A stretch of DNA of 64,000 bases from a virus (IMGVR_UViG_3300035703_000043:30591-94590); one strand, 5' to 3'; positions 1-11,174 are shown, counted from the first letter of the stretch. Notes: generated by a model from the letters alone, not told the origin. Program-made: numbers and translations.

Positions 1-132
1 GAAGCAGATGACGAACAGAGTGGAAACTACTTGATTAAAGAATTAAGACATCATTTTGAAGGAAACCAAATGGTTACAAGTGTAAAACTAATTCGTGATA
101 GTTACGGTCTTTACGGTCCTCAAAACGGGTAA
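1..132 (+). CDS. 3' end of a baseplate/tail structural gene (possibly gp27-like hub), truncated by window edge
   Basis: Frame +1 is open from base 1: EADDEQSGNYLIKELRHHFEGNQMVTSVKLIRDSYGLYGPQNG*; SGxYLIxELxHxF resembles the C-terminus of hub proteins; lies upstream of gp5. Confidence 0.5.
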   Translation, partial: EADDEQSGNYLIKELRHHFEGNQMVTSVKLIRDSYGLYGPQNG

Positions 133-137
133 GAAAA

Positions 138-347
138 ATGAATTTACAACAATTCATACATAATATAAATGATGAATTAGGAAATTCATCATTAAATAAA
201 CAAAGAAAAAGATACTTAGAAGCACATTTGGAAGAACTTTTGGAATATCAAAAGAACAATCCAAATAATACTTTAATACCAAATGCATTAGAACTATTTT
301 GCGATTTAAACCCAAACGCACTGGAGTGTAGAATTTACGATGATTGA
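138..347 (+). CDS. cp12: Phage CP12 (Calvin cycle regulator), 69 aa
   Basis: C-terminal LELFCDLNPNALECRIYDD matches the CP12 Cys-x8-Cys signature; lacks the N-terminal Cys pair, as in phage-type CP12. Confidence 0.88.
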   Translation: MNLQQFIHNINDELGNSSLNKQRKRYLEAHLEELLEYQKNNPNNTLIPNALELFCDLNPNALECRIYDD

Positions 348-2553
348 AGAGGCTTTATTGAAATCCAATTACATTGGTAAAGATGGTTTTTATTGGTGGA
401 TTGGGCAAGTAGCAAATCAAAACTCTTGGAAAAGTAAATCTCAGTTTTCGGAGGAAAAGGGTTCTGATGGTAAAGTGTGGGCAGCAAGATGTAAGGTAAG
501 AATTGTTGGTCATCATACTTTTGATGGTAATGTTCTTCCTGATGATGATTTGCCTTGGGCACAGATTATGATGGACCCTGCTTTTGGAAGTGGGCAAGGT
601 GGTATGGGGGCAACAATAAATTTAAAGGGTGGTGAGACTTGCTTTGGATTTTTTATTGACGGAGATGACGCACAACAACCGGTTATAATGGGTCTTCTTC
701 ATCGTAGTGATGGAGTTAAGAATTTAATCAGTGAAGATGTAATAGCAAAGGAAAAAAGTTCTCAATTTAAACCATTTACTGGTCACCCTGGAAATAATAT
801 CCCATCAACTCAAAGAAGTCATAGAAAAGATAAGGAAATTAATCCAGAAAATCCACAGGCAGAAACTTCTCCACTATCTGCAAAAGATAAGGTAGATATT
901 GCTTTTAATCCTACTGTCGGTTTTTATACTGGAACCTCTCGTGTTTTTCCTCAATATGGAGATAGACTTCAATTTGATGCATCATCTATATGGCAAGTTG
1001 CGAAAAAAGCAGACATAGAAATTACAATACCAAGTGGTTGCCAGAATGGATTGATAGGTGATATTACACAAGGTCTTCAGGACTTTATGGCAATTACAAA
1101 TGGATTGGATAAGTATTTGAATGTTTATGTAGATACGGTATTAAATGAAATCGTAGATATAGGAAATCAAATCCGTAAGACTGCACGGTCAATACTTGGA
1201 ATTGTAAAACTGATTATCAATAATCTAAGAAATACAATTATGAAATGTATTACTTGGGCATTTAGAAAATTAGTTGGACTTATTATTCCGCAACCACAAC
1301 AAAAAATTGTTCTGGAAGCAATGAAAAAAATTCTTGATATAATTTTTTGTATCCTGGAAAAACTCCCAGCAAGTCTTTTGGATTTTATTACAAATGCTTT
1401 ACGAGATTTGGTAGATAGGACATTAAATGTTCCTCTTTGTGCAGCAGAACAATGGACTGCAGGGATTCTTGCCAAATTAATGAATGCAATTGAGGATGCA
1501 TTATCTGGAATAATGTCTGGTATTAGTTGGTTAACTGGGGGATTGGGAACAATTTCTGGAATCTTAAATCAGGCAAGTTCATTGGCATCGCAAATTTTTA
1601 GCTTTCTTGAATGTACTGGACTTGCGTGTAAGCAACCTCATACTTGGGCAGCAAAATTCGGACCAAGTGAAAAGGAAGCAGATGACTGGAAAAAAATGGT
1701 TAGTAGTGTTAATGTGTTTAAAGATGCTGCTAAAGCAGGAAGTTCAATAGAGGATGCTCTTCGTGATACTCCTTTATATTCTGCGACTGATACTTTTGGT
1801 GCTGGATTTGGTGGACTGATTGATAGTGCTTTAAGAAATGCATCGTGTGCTTCTAAAGTCATCAACCCAACCAATCAAGATGATTTAATGAGAATGCCGA
1901 TTGGAAGTAGATGGAAAACTTGCATACCTCCACAAGTTTATATCACTGGTAATGGAGTTGGTGCTAAAGCAATCCCAATAGTTGGGGATAATAATAAAAT
2001 TTTATCTATTGAAATACTCAATAGAGGTGTTGGTTATATAAACGGTACAACGGATATAAGAATTGTTGATAAAAGTAATTATGGTTTAGGTGCGATTGCA
2101 GAAGTTGAAGTTAATGAAAATGATGGTGGTATTGATAAAGTTATAATTTTAAATTCTGGTAATGGTTATTGTAAAGGTAATGTTGGTCTTGGCACGACTG
2201 TAGTTGGTCTTGGGACAACTGCACCTGGAATAAGTTCTTCCATAACAGGAATAGTTACTGATATTATAGTAAAATCACCAGGATATGGATATACGACTGG
2301 TGATACAGTCACTGATGGTAAAAATACTTATACACCAATTGTTACTCCTGAAAGTGGGGCAATTGTAGATGTCTCTCTCCCAACGAATATTGTGGGAGGA
2401 TTCAATAGCATCCCAGTATTGACTATAAATACCAACACGGGAGTAGGTGCAGAACTCATAGCAGTTATGAAATATACTCCAAATTATGTTTCAACAACTG
2501 GAATTTCAGCAGTATCTGGAATAGCAGTAACTTCAGTGATAGATTGCGTATGA
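340..2553 (+). CDS. gp5: Baseplate hub/central spike gp5-like protein (N-terminal OB-fold)
   Basis: GFYWWIGQV, RCKVRIVGHH, LPDDDLPWA and GFFIDGDDAQQPVIMG are gp5 OB-domain motifs; C-terminal G-rich repeats; no lysozyme motif seen. Confidence 0.85.
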   Translation: MIEEALLKSNYIGKDGFYWWIGQVANQNSWKSKSQFSEEKGSDGKVWAARCKVRIVGHHTFDGNVLPDDDLPWAQIMMDPAFGSGQGGMGATINLKGGETCFGFFIDGDDAQQPVIMGLLHRSDGVKNLISEDVIAKEKSSQFKPFTGHPGNNIPSTQRSHRKDKEINPENPQAETSPLSAKDKVDIAFNPTVGFYTGTSRVFPQYGDRLQFDASSIWQVAKKADIEITIPSGCQNGLIGDITQGLQDFMAITNGLDKYLNVYVDTVLNEIVDIGNQIRKTARSILGIVKLIINNLRNTIMKCITWAFRKLVGLIIPQPQQKIVLEAMKKILDIIFCILEKLPASLLDFITNALRDLVDRTLNVPLCAAEQWTAGILAKLMNAIEDALSGIMSGISWLTGGLGTISGILNQASSLASQIFSFLECTGLACKQPHTWAAKFGPSEKEADDWKKMVSSVNVFKDAAKAGSSIEDALRDTPLYSATDTFGAGFGGLIDSALRNASCASKVINPTNQDDLMRMPIGSRWKTCIPPQVYITGNGVGAKAIPIVGDNNKILSIEILNRGVGYINGTTDIRIVDKSNYGLGAIAEVEVNENDGGIDKVIILNSGNGYCKGNVGLGTTVVGLGTTAPGISSSITGIVTDIIVKSPGYGYTTGDTVTDGKNTYTPIVTPESGAIVDVSLPTNIVGGFNSIPVLTINTNTGVGAELIAVMKYTPNYVSTTGISAVSGIAVTSVIDCV

Positions 2554-3119
2554 CAACCCCAGACCCACATTTAAGGCAAACTGACCATTTTATAGAAGCT
2601 TGTGGAGTAGATAGTCCCCATAATGGAAAGATAGATTATTCTTGCACAACAAAAAAAGGACAAGGACACATTTTCTATGAAAATGGAGATTTGGATATTG
2701 TTAATGACAAAACATCAAAGGAAGTTTGTGGTAGAAAAATAACAAATGAAAATGAACCTGCAAAAATTATTCGTGCTGAAAATGGAGGAATAATTTTATC
2801 AGCACCAAATGGAACTGTGACAATTGTTGCTGCAAACATTCGTTTTGTCGCTGTTGACGGTGGAGATGGTGGAGAGATTACTTTCCAAGCATCTAAAATA
2901 ATTAATCAAGATTCACCAACAAATAATACACAAGGAACAAATATAACATCTGCAGCATCACAAAATGCATCTGTTACAGGAAGTACCGCAAATCTTAGTG
3001 GAAATACACAGGCAGAAGTTCAATCAGGAATAGATTCTGATAAGTCATCAGTTTTGGGTAAAATATTGGATGCAATTACAAAATTTAAAAATTTCTTTAA
3101 CTCAATTTGTTCTGGATAA
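2550..3119 (+). CDS. Baseplate spike-associated protein (gp5 C-terminal beta-helix-like)
   Basis: ATG overlaps the gp5 stop (ATGA); IRAENGGIILSAPNGTVTIVAANIRF resembles beta-helix strands. Confidence 0.55.
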   Translation: MTTPDPHLRQTDHFIEACGVDSPHNGKIDYSCTTKKGQGHIFYENGDLDIVNDKTSKEVCGRKITNENEPAKIIRAENGGIILSAPNGTVTIVAANIRFVAVDGGDGGEITFQASKIINQDSPTNNTQGTNITSAASQNASVTGSTANLSGNTQAEVQSGIDSDKSSVLGKILDAITKFKNFFNSICSG

Positions 3120-3134
3120 TCCTGGAGGAAAGTA

Positions 3135-3968
3135 ATGGCAGATTTTACAATTGTTAATGCTGCGGAAAAATTAATTGTAGGACAATTGGATATGTCCTTT
3201 TTAACTGCTACTGATAAACTCACTCCAGGAACTGCAGTTATTAATGGTCCTTGTTACATTGGTTTGACTCCACAGATAGGTGTTGCGAGAGCAACTTGTA
3301 TGATTGGTCCACCATTGCCTGGTCTTTCTGTCCCTGCTTCTCTTGAAGTTACTGGAATTACAAATTTCGTTGGAATCACAAACACTACAGGAGTTTTAAA
3401 TGATTTAGCATTATCAAATGTTTTTGGGTTTACAAATAAAATTGGAGCAGAAATTCAAGCAGCATTCAAAGCAATTTTTGGGGTAAAAACAAATAATTCG
3501 GTACAAATTACCAATGGACCAAAATCTTGTTCCGCAGTAGCAACAACACCTCTTTTGAGAGCAGATGTTGGTAGATTTGGGACTTGTCAGGCTGATTTGG
3601 GAATATTTTCTTCTGTTGCTGCACCTTTCAAGCAATTTGATATTCCTCATCCAAATAAAAAAGGAATGAGACTAAGACACGCTTGCATTGAAGGTCCAGA
3701 AGTTGGAGTATATTATCGTGGAAGATTGGTAGATTCAAATGTAATTGATTTACCAGAATATTGGAGAGGTTTGGTGAATGCAGAAACAATTACTGTTTCA
3801 CTGACACCACATACATTTTATCAAGAGTTATATGTTAAAAATATTGAATGGGGATGCAAAATCAATATAGTAAATAATGCTGGTGGTTCAATTGACTGTA
3901 GTTATGTTGTTTATGCTGAAAGAAACGACGTAGAAAAATTAGAAATAGAGTATAAAGAAGAATCGTAA
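3135..3968 (+). CDS. Conserved phage baseplate/spike-region protein
   Basis: GGAGG RBS; C-terminal FDIPHP...LRHACIEGPEVGVYYRG domain common in phage tail regions. Confidence 0.6.
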   Translation: MADFTIVNAAEKLIVGQLDMSFLTATDKLTPGTAVINGPCYIGLTPQIGVARATCMIGPPLPGLSVPASLEVTGITNFVGITNTTGVLNDLALSNVFGFTNKIGAEIQAAFKAIFGVKTNNSVQITNGPKSCSAVATTPLLRADVGRFGTCQADLGIFSSVAAPFKQFDIPHPNKKGMRLRHACIEGPEVGVYYRGRLVDSNVIDLPEYWRGLVNAETITVSLTPHTFYQELYVKNIEWGCKINIVNNAGGSIDCSYVVYAERNDVEKLEIEYKEES

Positions 3969-3970
3969 TT

Positions 3971-5857
3971 ATGGCATTATCAACAGAGGCACAACAAGAT
4001 ATTAATGAAATTTATAATTCAGTTGCAAGATATTTTGCATCTACTGGAGGTTCTCAACCAAGCACTGACCCTAAAACTTATGCTAAAGATGGGGAATATG
4101 CTAAAAATGAATCTACCCAAAAGGTGTCAGATCTTCAGCAATTGTTAGATGATAAACTTAATGAAAAACCAAAGAGGAGAAAAACACTTACTGAGACTTT
4201 TATTGACGATATAAAAGAACAAATCAAATATAAAGAAAGTGAAGTTGAAATGCTGAAAGATCAACTGACAATATATGACCTTAAAATTGATCAGTATGAT
4301 ATTGTTATAAGCAATATAGACAAAGAAATTATTCCATTAATTAATGAAATTAATGTTGGAATTGCTTCTGTCAAAACTGCTTATGATAATAGAGTTGCTG
4401 CTGGATGCAAAAGTGATTTGTATTGGGAATTAACTACTAAAAGAACTTATTTTCGTGTTATGGGTTTTTTTGATGATGATTATTATGTTGAAACATATAC
4501 CTGCAAAAAGAATCCAAGTGTAAGAGAAGATTATAATTATTACGGTGCAAAGTATTATAGAAAACCACAAAATCAAGATTATGGTGCAAATATTGTCACC
4601 GAATTTCTTGGAACAATAGGTGTTGGGGAAACAATATTAGGGATAGTTGGTTCTTCCAGTACACTTAGATTTCAGATTGGAGATAAAGTTTTAGACAATA
4701 TTGATAATCCTGTTGTTTTTTCTTCAAATAATATACCAACAATATTATCTTTTGGTACTACTTCTCTTGTTGGTGCTACCACAAGTTTTGGTGGAACAAT
4801 TAGTTCTGGTTCTACAATTATAGCACATACAGGAATCGGAACCACCACTGATATTAGTATTGGAGATACAGTAAATCTTACAAATGTTTTGCCCATAAAC
4901 ACAAAAGTTGTTGGATTTGGAACTACAACAACTACAATATTAAATGTTTGGGATCCTAATGCAAATGGTCCTGGGTCTGGTGCTTTCATAAGCACTACTG
5001 GAGAAACAAATAGTTTAATTATAAGTTCAGCATCTATTGGTAGTACATCAATTGGAACTTTTTCCGTTGGACTATTGACAAGTTATCCTGCAGTGATTCT
5101 TGATACTCAAGCACTTCAGGATGCAGAAAATACTAATTTTACATTAATAAGAGATACGCAAATAACACCTACAGAGTTTGATTATACAAATAATCCAATA
5201 GACCCAGTGACAATCGGTATAATGGGTAATTCTTCTATTGGTTTAGGGCATAAATTAACTCTTGTGAACAATGGAAGTCCTATTGGTCCCTTTCAATGGC
5301 ACGAAGTGAGAGGAGAAGAGTTTGCTCCTGAACCACCTTGTGGTGCTGATTACGCAAGATATTATCCTGGAAATAATTCTTGGCCTGTTGCAATTAGTTA
5401 TACTTATAGCACAGATGGAATGTTTTTATCTCAATCTTCTTCTTATGCTACGGAGGGTCAAATTCTTAATGTAGGTGTTGGTAATACTCCAGCTTTTGGT
5501 ATAGGAACTACTAATATTTCAGCATTAAATCCTTCAGCAGGAACTTGTTCTGCTTTGACTTCTATAATTACAGCATCAGAAACAAGTCGTAACGCAATTA
5601 TTGCAAAAAATGTCCCAAAAATTCAAGGATTGTTAGTATCCGGAAATGCATTAAAAAATCTAAGGGATAAATTAGAAAGTAGAGCATTTGCAATACTTCA
5701 AGGTAGAGTATCTGCTGACGTAGACCTCAACAAATTAAAACAAGATCTTTCTGCACTTCAATCATTAGATTTAACCCAATTTGAACCCAGTGCTTATTAT
5801 TTTGATTCAAGTAAAGGAAAAACCTCTTCATCAACTGTTGGTGTTGTGACCTCTTAA
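3971..5857 (+). CDS. Virion structural protein (coiled-coil ends, G/T/S-rich middle)
   Basis: 628-aa ORF tightly packed in the structural operon; heptad-like N- and C-termini. Confidence 0.55.
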   Translation: MALSTEAQQDINEIYNSVARYFASTGGSQPSTDPKTYAKDGEYAKNESTQKVSDLQQLLDDKLNEKPKRRKTLTETFIDDIKEQIKYKESEVEMLKDQLTIYDLKIDQYDIVISNIDKEIIPLINEINVGIASVKTAYDNRVAAGCKSDLYWELTTKRTYFRVMGFFDDDYYVETYTCKKNPSVREDYNYYGAKYYRKPQNQDYGANIVTEFLGTIGVGETILGIVGSSSTLRFQIGDKVLDNIDNPVVFSSNNIPTILSFGTTSLVGATTSFGGTISSGSTIIAHTGIGTTTDISIGDTVNLTNVLPINTKVVGFGTTTTTILNVWDPNANGPGSGAFISTTGETNSLIISSASIGSTSIGTFSVGLLTSYPAVILDTQALQDAENTNFTLIRDTQITPTEFDYTNNPIDPVTIGIMGNSSIGLGHKLTLVNNGSPIGPFQWHEVRGEEFAPEPPCGADYARYYPGNNSWPVAISYTYSTDGMFLSQSSSYATEGQILNVGVGNTPAFGIGTTNISALNPSAGTCSALTSIITASETSRNAIIAKNVPKIQGLLVSGNALKNLRDKLESRAFAILQGRVSADVDLNKLKQDLSALQSLDLTQFEPSAYYFDSSKGKTSSSTVGVVTS

Positions 5858-5916
5858 TAATGGTTGTAAAGATGACACCTATATATTATAACGGTAAAAG
5901 CACTGCAAAATAAGTA

Positions 5917-8900
5917 ATGGCGGACAGATTTCCACTAATAGCAAATCCAACAACCAAACAGATTGAGGAGTTAGCACCTGGAGATAATCTTAATCTGCAA
6001 AACAGTGGAATAGTTGGTGCCACTACAATTACTGCGAATAAATTTATTGGAAGTTTAGAAGGAAATGCAACGACTGCGAGCACATTAAATAATGCCGCAA
6101 ACATAACTGCTGGAACGATTAGTTCTTCAAGATTATCTGGAAGTTATAATATAACTGCGTCAAATGCAAACAATCTATCTAATGCTGCAAATATTAGTGC
6201 AGGAACAATCAGCAGTGCAAGATTGTCTGGGTATTATCCAATTTCAGTTGATTCCTCGTTTTCTTCTGATGCTCTTACTGATGCATCAAATATCACAGGT
6301 GGCACAGTTCCGTCTGCAAGATTGTCTGGATTTTACGACATTAATGTAGGAACAGCAAATACTGCAAATATTATTACTCCTGGAAGTTTTCAAAATATTG
6401 ATATTGGGGGAAATGCTGCCACTGCCACTACAGCAGTGAATCTTTCTGGTGGAACAGTTTCTGGTGTTGATTTAAATATTATTGGTATTGGGACAATTGG
6501 TACTTTGGGAGTATCTGGTCTCACAACAACAACCAATTTAACTATAACTAACTTAGCTTCAATTGGATTTGCAAGTGTAGGAATTGCAACAATTGGTTTT
6601 GGGTCATTTACAAATATTAGAGTATCAAGTGCTGCTACGATAGGATTTTTAACAGCAACTAATATTCGTGTTTCTGGCATTGCTACTGTTGGATTTCTAA
6701 CAGCAACTAATTTAAATTCACCCAATGCAACTTTAGGAATTGTTACTGCAACCACAGTCACTGGACTGAATACACTTTCGGCATATGATTCTACTCTTGA
6801 CTTCATCAATAATACAAGAATAAACTCAGGTTTATTGGTTGGAACTGCAGCATCAATTGGAATTGCAACAATAGGATTTGGAACTTTTACTAATGTTAGA
6901 GTATCTGGTATTTTAACAGCAGGTACATTTTCAGGTAATTTTAGTGGGGGAATAGTTGCAACTGCTGCTTCCATTGGAATCGCAACAATTGGTTTTGCAA
7001 ATATTGGTCTTGCATCTGTTGGTATTGCAACAGTAGGATTTGCATCTATTGGCATCGCAACAGTTGGATTATTAACAGCAACTGATGTTCGTGTTTCTGG
7101 TACTGCCACTGTTGGATTTTTGACAGCAACAACACTATATTCCAATAATTACCTTGGAAGTGGAGCAACTTTAGTTGGAATTGTAACACAAATCAATGTT
7201 GGTACTGGTCTTACCTTATCATCAACACAAACTTCCGGGAAGGGAATAGTTCAAGTTGGAATTCGCACATCTATAGGAAAAACAATCTTCGTTTCTTATG
7301 AAGGCAATGATTCAAATACTGGATTGCTGAATAATGATGCAAAGAAAACTATAAAAGCAGCAGCAGCACTTGCTTTGTCTGGTGATACAATTAAAGTTTT
7401 TCCAGGAACTTATGTTGAAAATAATCCAATTGTTTTATCAAAAAATGTTTCTGTTGAGGGAACTGAACTTCGTAACTGTTTAGTTTCACCACAAAATTCT
7501 GGACTTGATTTATTCCACGTTAATGATGGTGTTCATATTACTAATTTAAGTTTTATTGGTGCTCCATCAACAAATGGTGCATCAGTGATAGCACTTCAAC
7601 CTCTTGCTGGAGTTTCTACTCATAGATTCTTTGATGCAGCAAGAATGATTCGTATGAATCTTGACTTTATTGCCGAAGAAACGGTTGGATATCTGACAAG
7701 TACTGATTATAAAAATCCAGCATTCAATTCCGGAATATCTACAATTAAAGAGGGAATTATTTCAACTCTTAAAGCAATTTGTTATGACACTACAAGAGGT
7801 GGAAATTCAAAGTCTGTAGGAGCAGGCAAATCATATTATAACCAAGCAGGAGTACTTCAAAATATAGTTGGAATTAAATCAGAAACAATTGATGCTTTAA
7901 ATTATGCTGTTGGAATTGCAAGATCTTGCGTTAATAATGTTTCTTTTGCAAAAACAAGTGGTGGAAATTATCAATATCATTACACACAAGTAAAAGATGT
8001 TTCCATTCAAGCAGATTCGGCAACTGGTTCTAATACTGATTTGAATTCTTGTTCTAATGTAATTTCTGCATTATATTCTTGTGTTGGGATTGTAACAACG
8101 ATTATTAATAATGGATTAAGTGCTCTTGGTGGTGCTGGAATTAATACGACAACTCCATCATCATATGATGGTCAAGTAAGTAACAATTGGTCCAGCACAA
8201 AACTTGAAGGAACAACGTTCTCACCTGGTGTTGGAATTGTTTCAAAAGGTCCTTATATTCGAAACTGCACAAATTTCATACCAAATAGCATTGGATTAAA
8301 GGTAAATGGTTTTGATGCAGAACCTGGAGATGAAATTGATAATGGTATTCAAGGTTCTATGAGTGTTGATTCATATACTCAATATAATCAAGGAGGAATT
8401 GGAGTTTCAATTACTAATGGTGGATATGCACAATTGGTTTCTATCTTTACAATTTGCGATGATATTGCAATTTATACGTCTTCTGGTGGTCAATGTGATA
8501 TTACTAACTCTAACAATTCATTTGGAACTTATGGATTATATTCAAATGGTGTAGGGGATTATTATAGCAGATCGATTTTCAGATATACTGGTGCTGCAAA
8601 TACAGACGCTACTATAGGTCAAAACACAATTTCTATTTCTGGTTTGGGAACTAATAGACCATATCAAGGGCAAGCAATTTATTTTGGAAACTTATATTAT
8701 TCTGTTGAATCAATAAGTGTTACTGATGGTGGTTCTGGTTATACTTCGGAACCAATTGTTACAATTAGTCCTCCAACTGGTCCAAATGGAATTACTGCCG
8801 AGGCATTTCCTGTAATTGAAAATGGAAAAGTGGTTTCAATCAATCTCATTAGTACTGGAAATCAATATTTAACTACACCAACTGTAACAATTAGTGGTCC

Positions 8901-9339
8901 TGGTGCTGGAGTTACGGCAACTGCTTCTGCAAATCTTGCACCAATATATTATAAAGTCGATGGTGCAACTTTACCATCTGCTGGCATTTCGACTATCACA
9001 TTAACTGAGAATCTAAATAATACAGTCAGTGCAGGAACTACTGCTTATTTCTCTAGAATGAGTTTGCAGGTTGCTTCCACAATATCATTTGAATATATAG
9101 GAGCAGGTAATACAATTGAATCTGCAAGACCATCCAAAGGTGGTGTGACAAGACAACAGAATGAAGTCGTTAGGATAAATGGAGGAGAAGTGGTTTATAC
9201 TAGCACTGACCAGTCAGGAAACTTTAGAATTGGTGAGGGTGTAGTCATTAATCAGTTAACTGGAACTATTAGTGGAAGATCCTTCAGCCAAAGTTTGTTA
9301 AATACAGTAACACCTTTACTCATTGCATTAGGAAGATAA
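5917..9339 (+). CDS. Fibre/structural protein with GIATxGF repeats and a beta-helix-like C-terminal domain; paralog of 26100..27887
   Basis: Repeats NAANIxAGTISSxRLSG and GIATIGF; shares GTYxENNPI, PYIxNCTNFIPNSIGLKV, DSYTQYNQ and VYTSTDQSGNFRIG with 26100..27887. Confidence 0.75.
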   Translation: MADRFPLIANPTTKQIEELAPGDNLNLQNSGIVGATTITANKFIGSLEGNATTASTLNNAANITAGTISSSRLSGSYNITASNANNLSNAANISAGTISSARLSGYYPISVDSSFSSDALTDASNITGGTVPSARLSGFYDINVGTANTANIITPGSFQNIDIGGNAATATTAVNLSGGTVSGVDLNIIGIGTIGTLGVSGLTTTTNLTITNLASIGFASVGIATIGFGSFTNIRVSSAATIGFLTATNIRVSGIATVGFLTATNLNSPNATLGIVTATTVTGLNTLSAYDSTLDFINNTRINSGLLVGTAASIGIATIGFGTFTNVRVSGILTAGTFSGNFSGGIVATAASIGIATIGFANIGLASVGIATVGFASIGIATVGLLTATDVRVSGTATVGFLTATTLYSNNYLGSGATLVGIVTQINVGTGLTLSSTQTSGKGIVQVGIRTSIGKTIFVSYEGNDSNTGLLNNDAKKTIKAAAALALSGDTIKVFPGTYVENNPIVLSKNVSVEGTELRNCLVSPQNSGLDLFHVNDGVHITNLSFIGAPSTNGASVIALQPLAGVSTHRFFDAARMIRMNLDFIAEETVGYLTSTDYKNPAFNSGISTIKEGIISTLKAICYDTTRGGNSKSVGAGKSYYNQAGVLQNIVGIKSETIDALNYAVGIARSCVNNVSFAKTSGGNYQYHYTQVKDVSIQADSATGSNTDLNSCSNVISALYSCVGIVTTIINNGLSALGGAGINTTTPSSYDGQVSNNWSSTKLEGTTFSPGVGIVSKGPYIRNCTNFIPNSIGLKVNGFDAEPGDEIDNGIQGSMSVDSYTQYNQGGIGVSITNGGYAQLVSIFTICDDIAIYTSSGGQCDITNSNNSFGTYGLYSNGVGDYYSRSIFRYTGAANTDATIGQNTISISGLGTNRPYQGQAIYFGNLYYSVESISVTDGGSGYTSEPIVTISPPTGPNGITAEAFPVIENGKVVSINLISTGNQYLTTPTVTISGPGAGVTATASANLAPIYYKVDGATLPSAGISTITLTENLNNTVSAGTTAYFSRMSLQVASTISFEYIGAGNTIESARPSKGGVTRQQNEVVRINGGEVVYTSTDQSGNFRIGEGVVINQLTGTISGRSFSQSLLNTVTPLLIALGR

Positions 9340-9340
9340 A

Positions 9341-9694
9341 ATGGCAGTAGTAGCACTTAATACATTTAAAACTGTAAGGAAAACTTTAACCACTTCCAAC
9401 GTTGGAATTTATACTTGTCCTTCTGGAGTTGCATCAATTGTAATTTTGGCACAAGTAACAAATGTCTCAGCAGGAACAACCACTTATACAGTATCTGCTG
9501 TCCATTCCAGAAGCACAGAATCACCCACTGATTATAAATTTGCAAATAATGTTTCTGTTCCACCAAACGATTCGGTAAATCTAATTCCAGATGGAAGACT
9601 TGTGTTGGAAACTGGTGATGTAATTAAAGTTTCGGCAAGTTCTGACAATAACTTAAATATTGTATTAAGTGTTTTAGAAACTGCAAAGGGATAA
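9341..9694 (+). CDS. Small beta-rich fibre-associated protein; paralog of 27891..28220
   Basis: IYTCPSG..SIVILAQVTNV ... LVLETGD ... SVLET matches 27891..28220. Confidence 0.7.
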   Translation: MAVVALNTFKTVRKTLTTSNVGIYTCPSGVASIVILAQVTNVSAGTTTYTVSAVHSRSTESPTDYKFANNVSVPPNDSVNLIPDGRLVLETGDVIKVSASSDNNLNIVLSVLETAKG

Positions 9695-9699
9695 TTTAA

Positions 9700-11142
9700 A
9701 TGTATAAGTATATTTCCGGAAGAGCCAAAAAGGAAACAAGAACTGGACTAACATCCGATAGGTATGAATTTTTAGGACTAAATCAAGCAGAGCCAGATCT
9801 TGGAGATCCATTGGTTGGTCCTTCTTCTATTGGTGCAAATCCATCACCACCTTCAGTATCTGGTGATCAATATTTACTTGTTGCTAATAAAAATAATCCT
9901 GGCAAAAGATATTGGGTTGCATCTTCTCAGATATTAACTGGTGGTTTAATTCCTGGGTCTTTCAGTGTTTTTGATGATAACATTCAAGTAGGTGCAGCAA
10001 ATAGTTTCAATGTTTTTAATCTAGTTGGTGATATTGTATCCGTAGATCCAGTTGGTTCTGGTGTTTCAGAACAAACTGGAATTGCAACGATAAGATTTTC
10101 CCTAAAAGCACCTGGCCAATTAAATCAAATAATGTATCACGGTAGTGGTGGTTTAATTAGAGCAGCAAGTGGATTTGTATATTCTTCAGGAAATATTGGA
10201 ATTGGAAGCAATTCACCGACAGAATTGTTAGATGTAGAAGGAAATGGAAAATTTCTTGGATCTGTAAGTGCTTCAAGTTTTGTTGGTGATTTGACAGGAA
10301 CAGCCTCATTTGCATCTGGGTTTAGCACAACGGCAAATATCAATACATCAGGTATCATAACTGCTTCAAGTTTTGTTGGAAACTTAACTGGAACAGCAAC
10401 CACTGCTTCTGGTGTTTCTACAGAAATAAACATTAACACTACAGGAATTATAACTGCTTCAAGTTTTGTAGGTAACTTAACTGGAACAGCAACTACAGCA
10501 ACCATAGCATCCACCGCACTTGGTGTGTCAACATCAATTAGTATAAACACTACTGGTATTATAACTGCTTCAAGTTTTGTAGGTAACTTAATAGGCACAG
10601 CAACTACAGCATCCAATGTAAGTTCCACTATCAACATAAACACTACTGGTATTATAACTGCTTCAAGTTTTGTAGGTAACTTAACAGGCACAGCAACTAC
10701 AGCAACGAATGTAATTAGTGGTATTGCATCTGTTTCTTCATTGAATGTCTCTGGCATAACTACGATTGGAAGTGCAACAACTTCCACAAATACACCATTA
10801 CAAGTTGAAACTTATGGAGTGAAAACAGGAACTGGTAATTTTATTGCTTCAGTTGGAATTACTACATTCATAGATAGTTTTTCCATTACAACTACAGACT
10901 TTAAATTAGTTGAATATTCTGTTCATATTGGATTTAGTAGCAGTATTCAAGTTCAAAAAGTTTTAATTATGCAAGATGGCATTATTGCAAATGCTGAATC
11001 TTATGGCATTATGTATAACAAAAATGCTTTGGTTGCAATTGGAGCAACTTTGGATGGGACTGACTGTAAATTGCAAGTTACACCTCAGTCTGGAGTAAAT
11101 GGAGTGACCACATATAGATTCGTAAGAGGAAGTTTATTATAA
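9700..11142 (+). CDS. Fibre-like structural protein with about five ASSFVGNLTGTA repeats
   Basis: Repeated ININTTGIITASSFVGNLTGTATTA units; GNIGIGS motif. Confidence 0.7.
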   Translation: MYKYISGRAKKETRTGLTSDRYEFLGLNQAEPDLGDPLVGPSSIGANPSPPSVSGDQYLLVANKNNPGKRYWVASSQILTGGLIPGSFSVFDDNIQVGAANSFNVFNLVGDIVSVDPVGSGVSEQTGIATIRFSLKAPGQLNQIMYHGSGGLIRAASGFVYSSGNIGIGSNSPTELLDVEGNGKFLGSVSASSFVGDLTGTASFASGFSTTANINTSGIITASSFVGNLTGTATTASGVSTEININTTGIITASSFVGNLTGTATTATIASTALGVSTSISINTTGIITASSFVGNLIGTATTASNVSSTININTTGIITASSFVGNLTGTATTATNVISGIASVSSLNVSGITTIGSATTSTNTPLQVETYGVKTGTGNFIASVGITTFIDSFSITTTDFKLVEYSVHIGFSSSIQVQKVLIMQDGIIANAESYGIMYNKNALVAIGATLDGTDCKLQVTPQSGVNGVTTYRFVRGSLL

Positions 11143-11166
11143 TTAATTTATCATTTCAAATGAAAA

Positions 11167-11174
11167 CATAAATA
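11167..11174 (+). promoter_or_regulatory. T4-type late promoter CATAAATA
   Basis: Intergenic, 13 nt upstream of ATG 11188. Confidence 0.65.

Noticed and set aside
6390-10787. Minus-strand ORFs of 251 and 216 aa opposite fibre genes
   Set aside because: Antisense shadows of repetitive Gly/Thr/Ala/Ile-rich coding sequence
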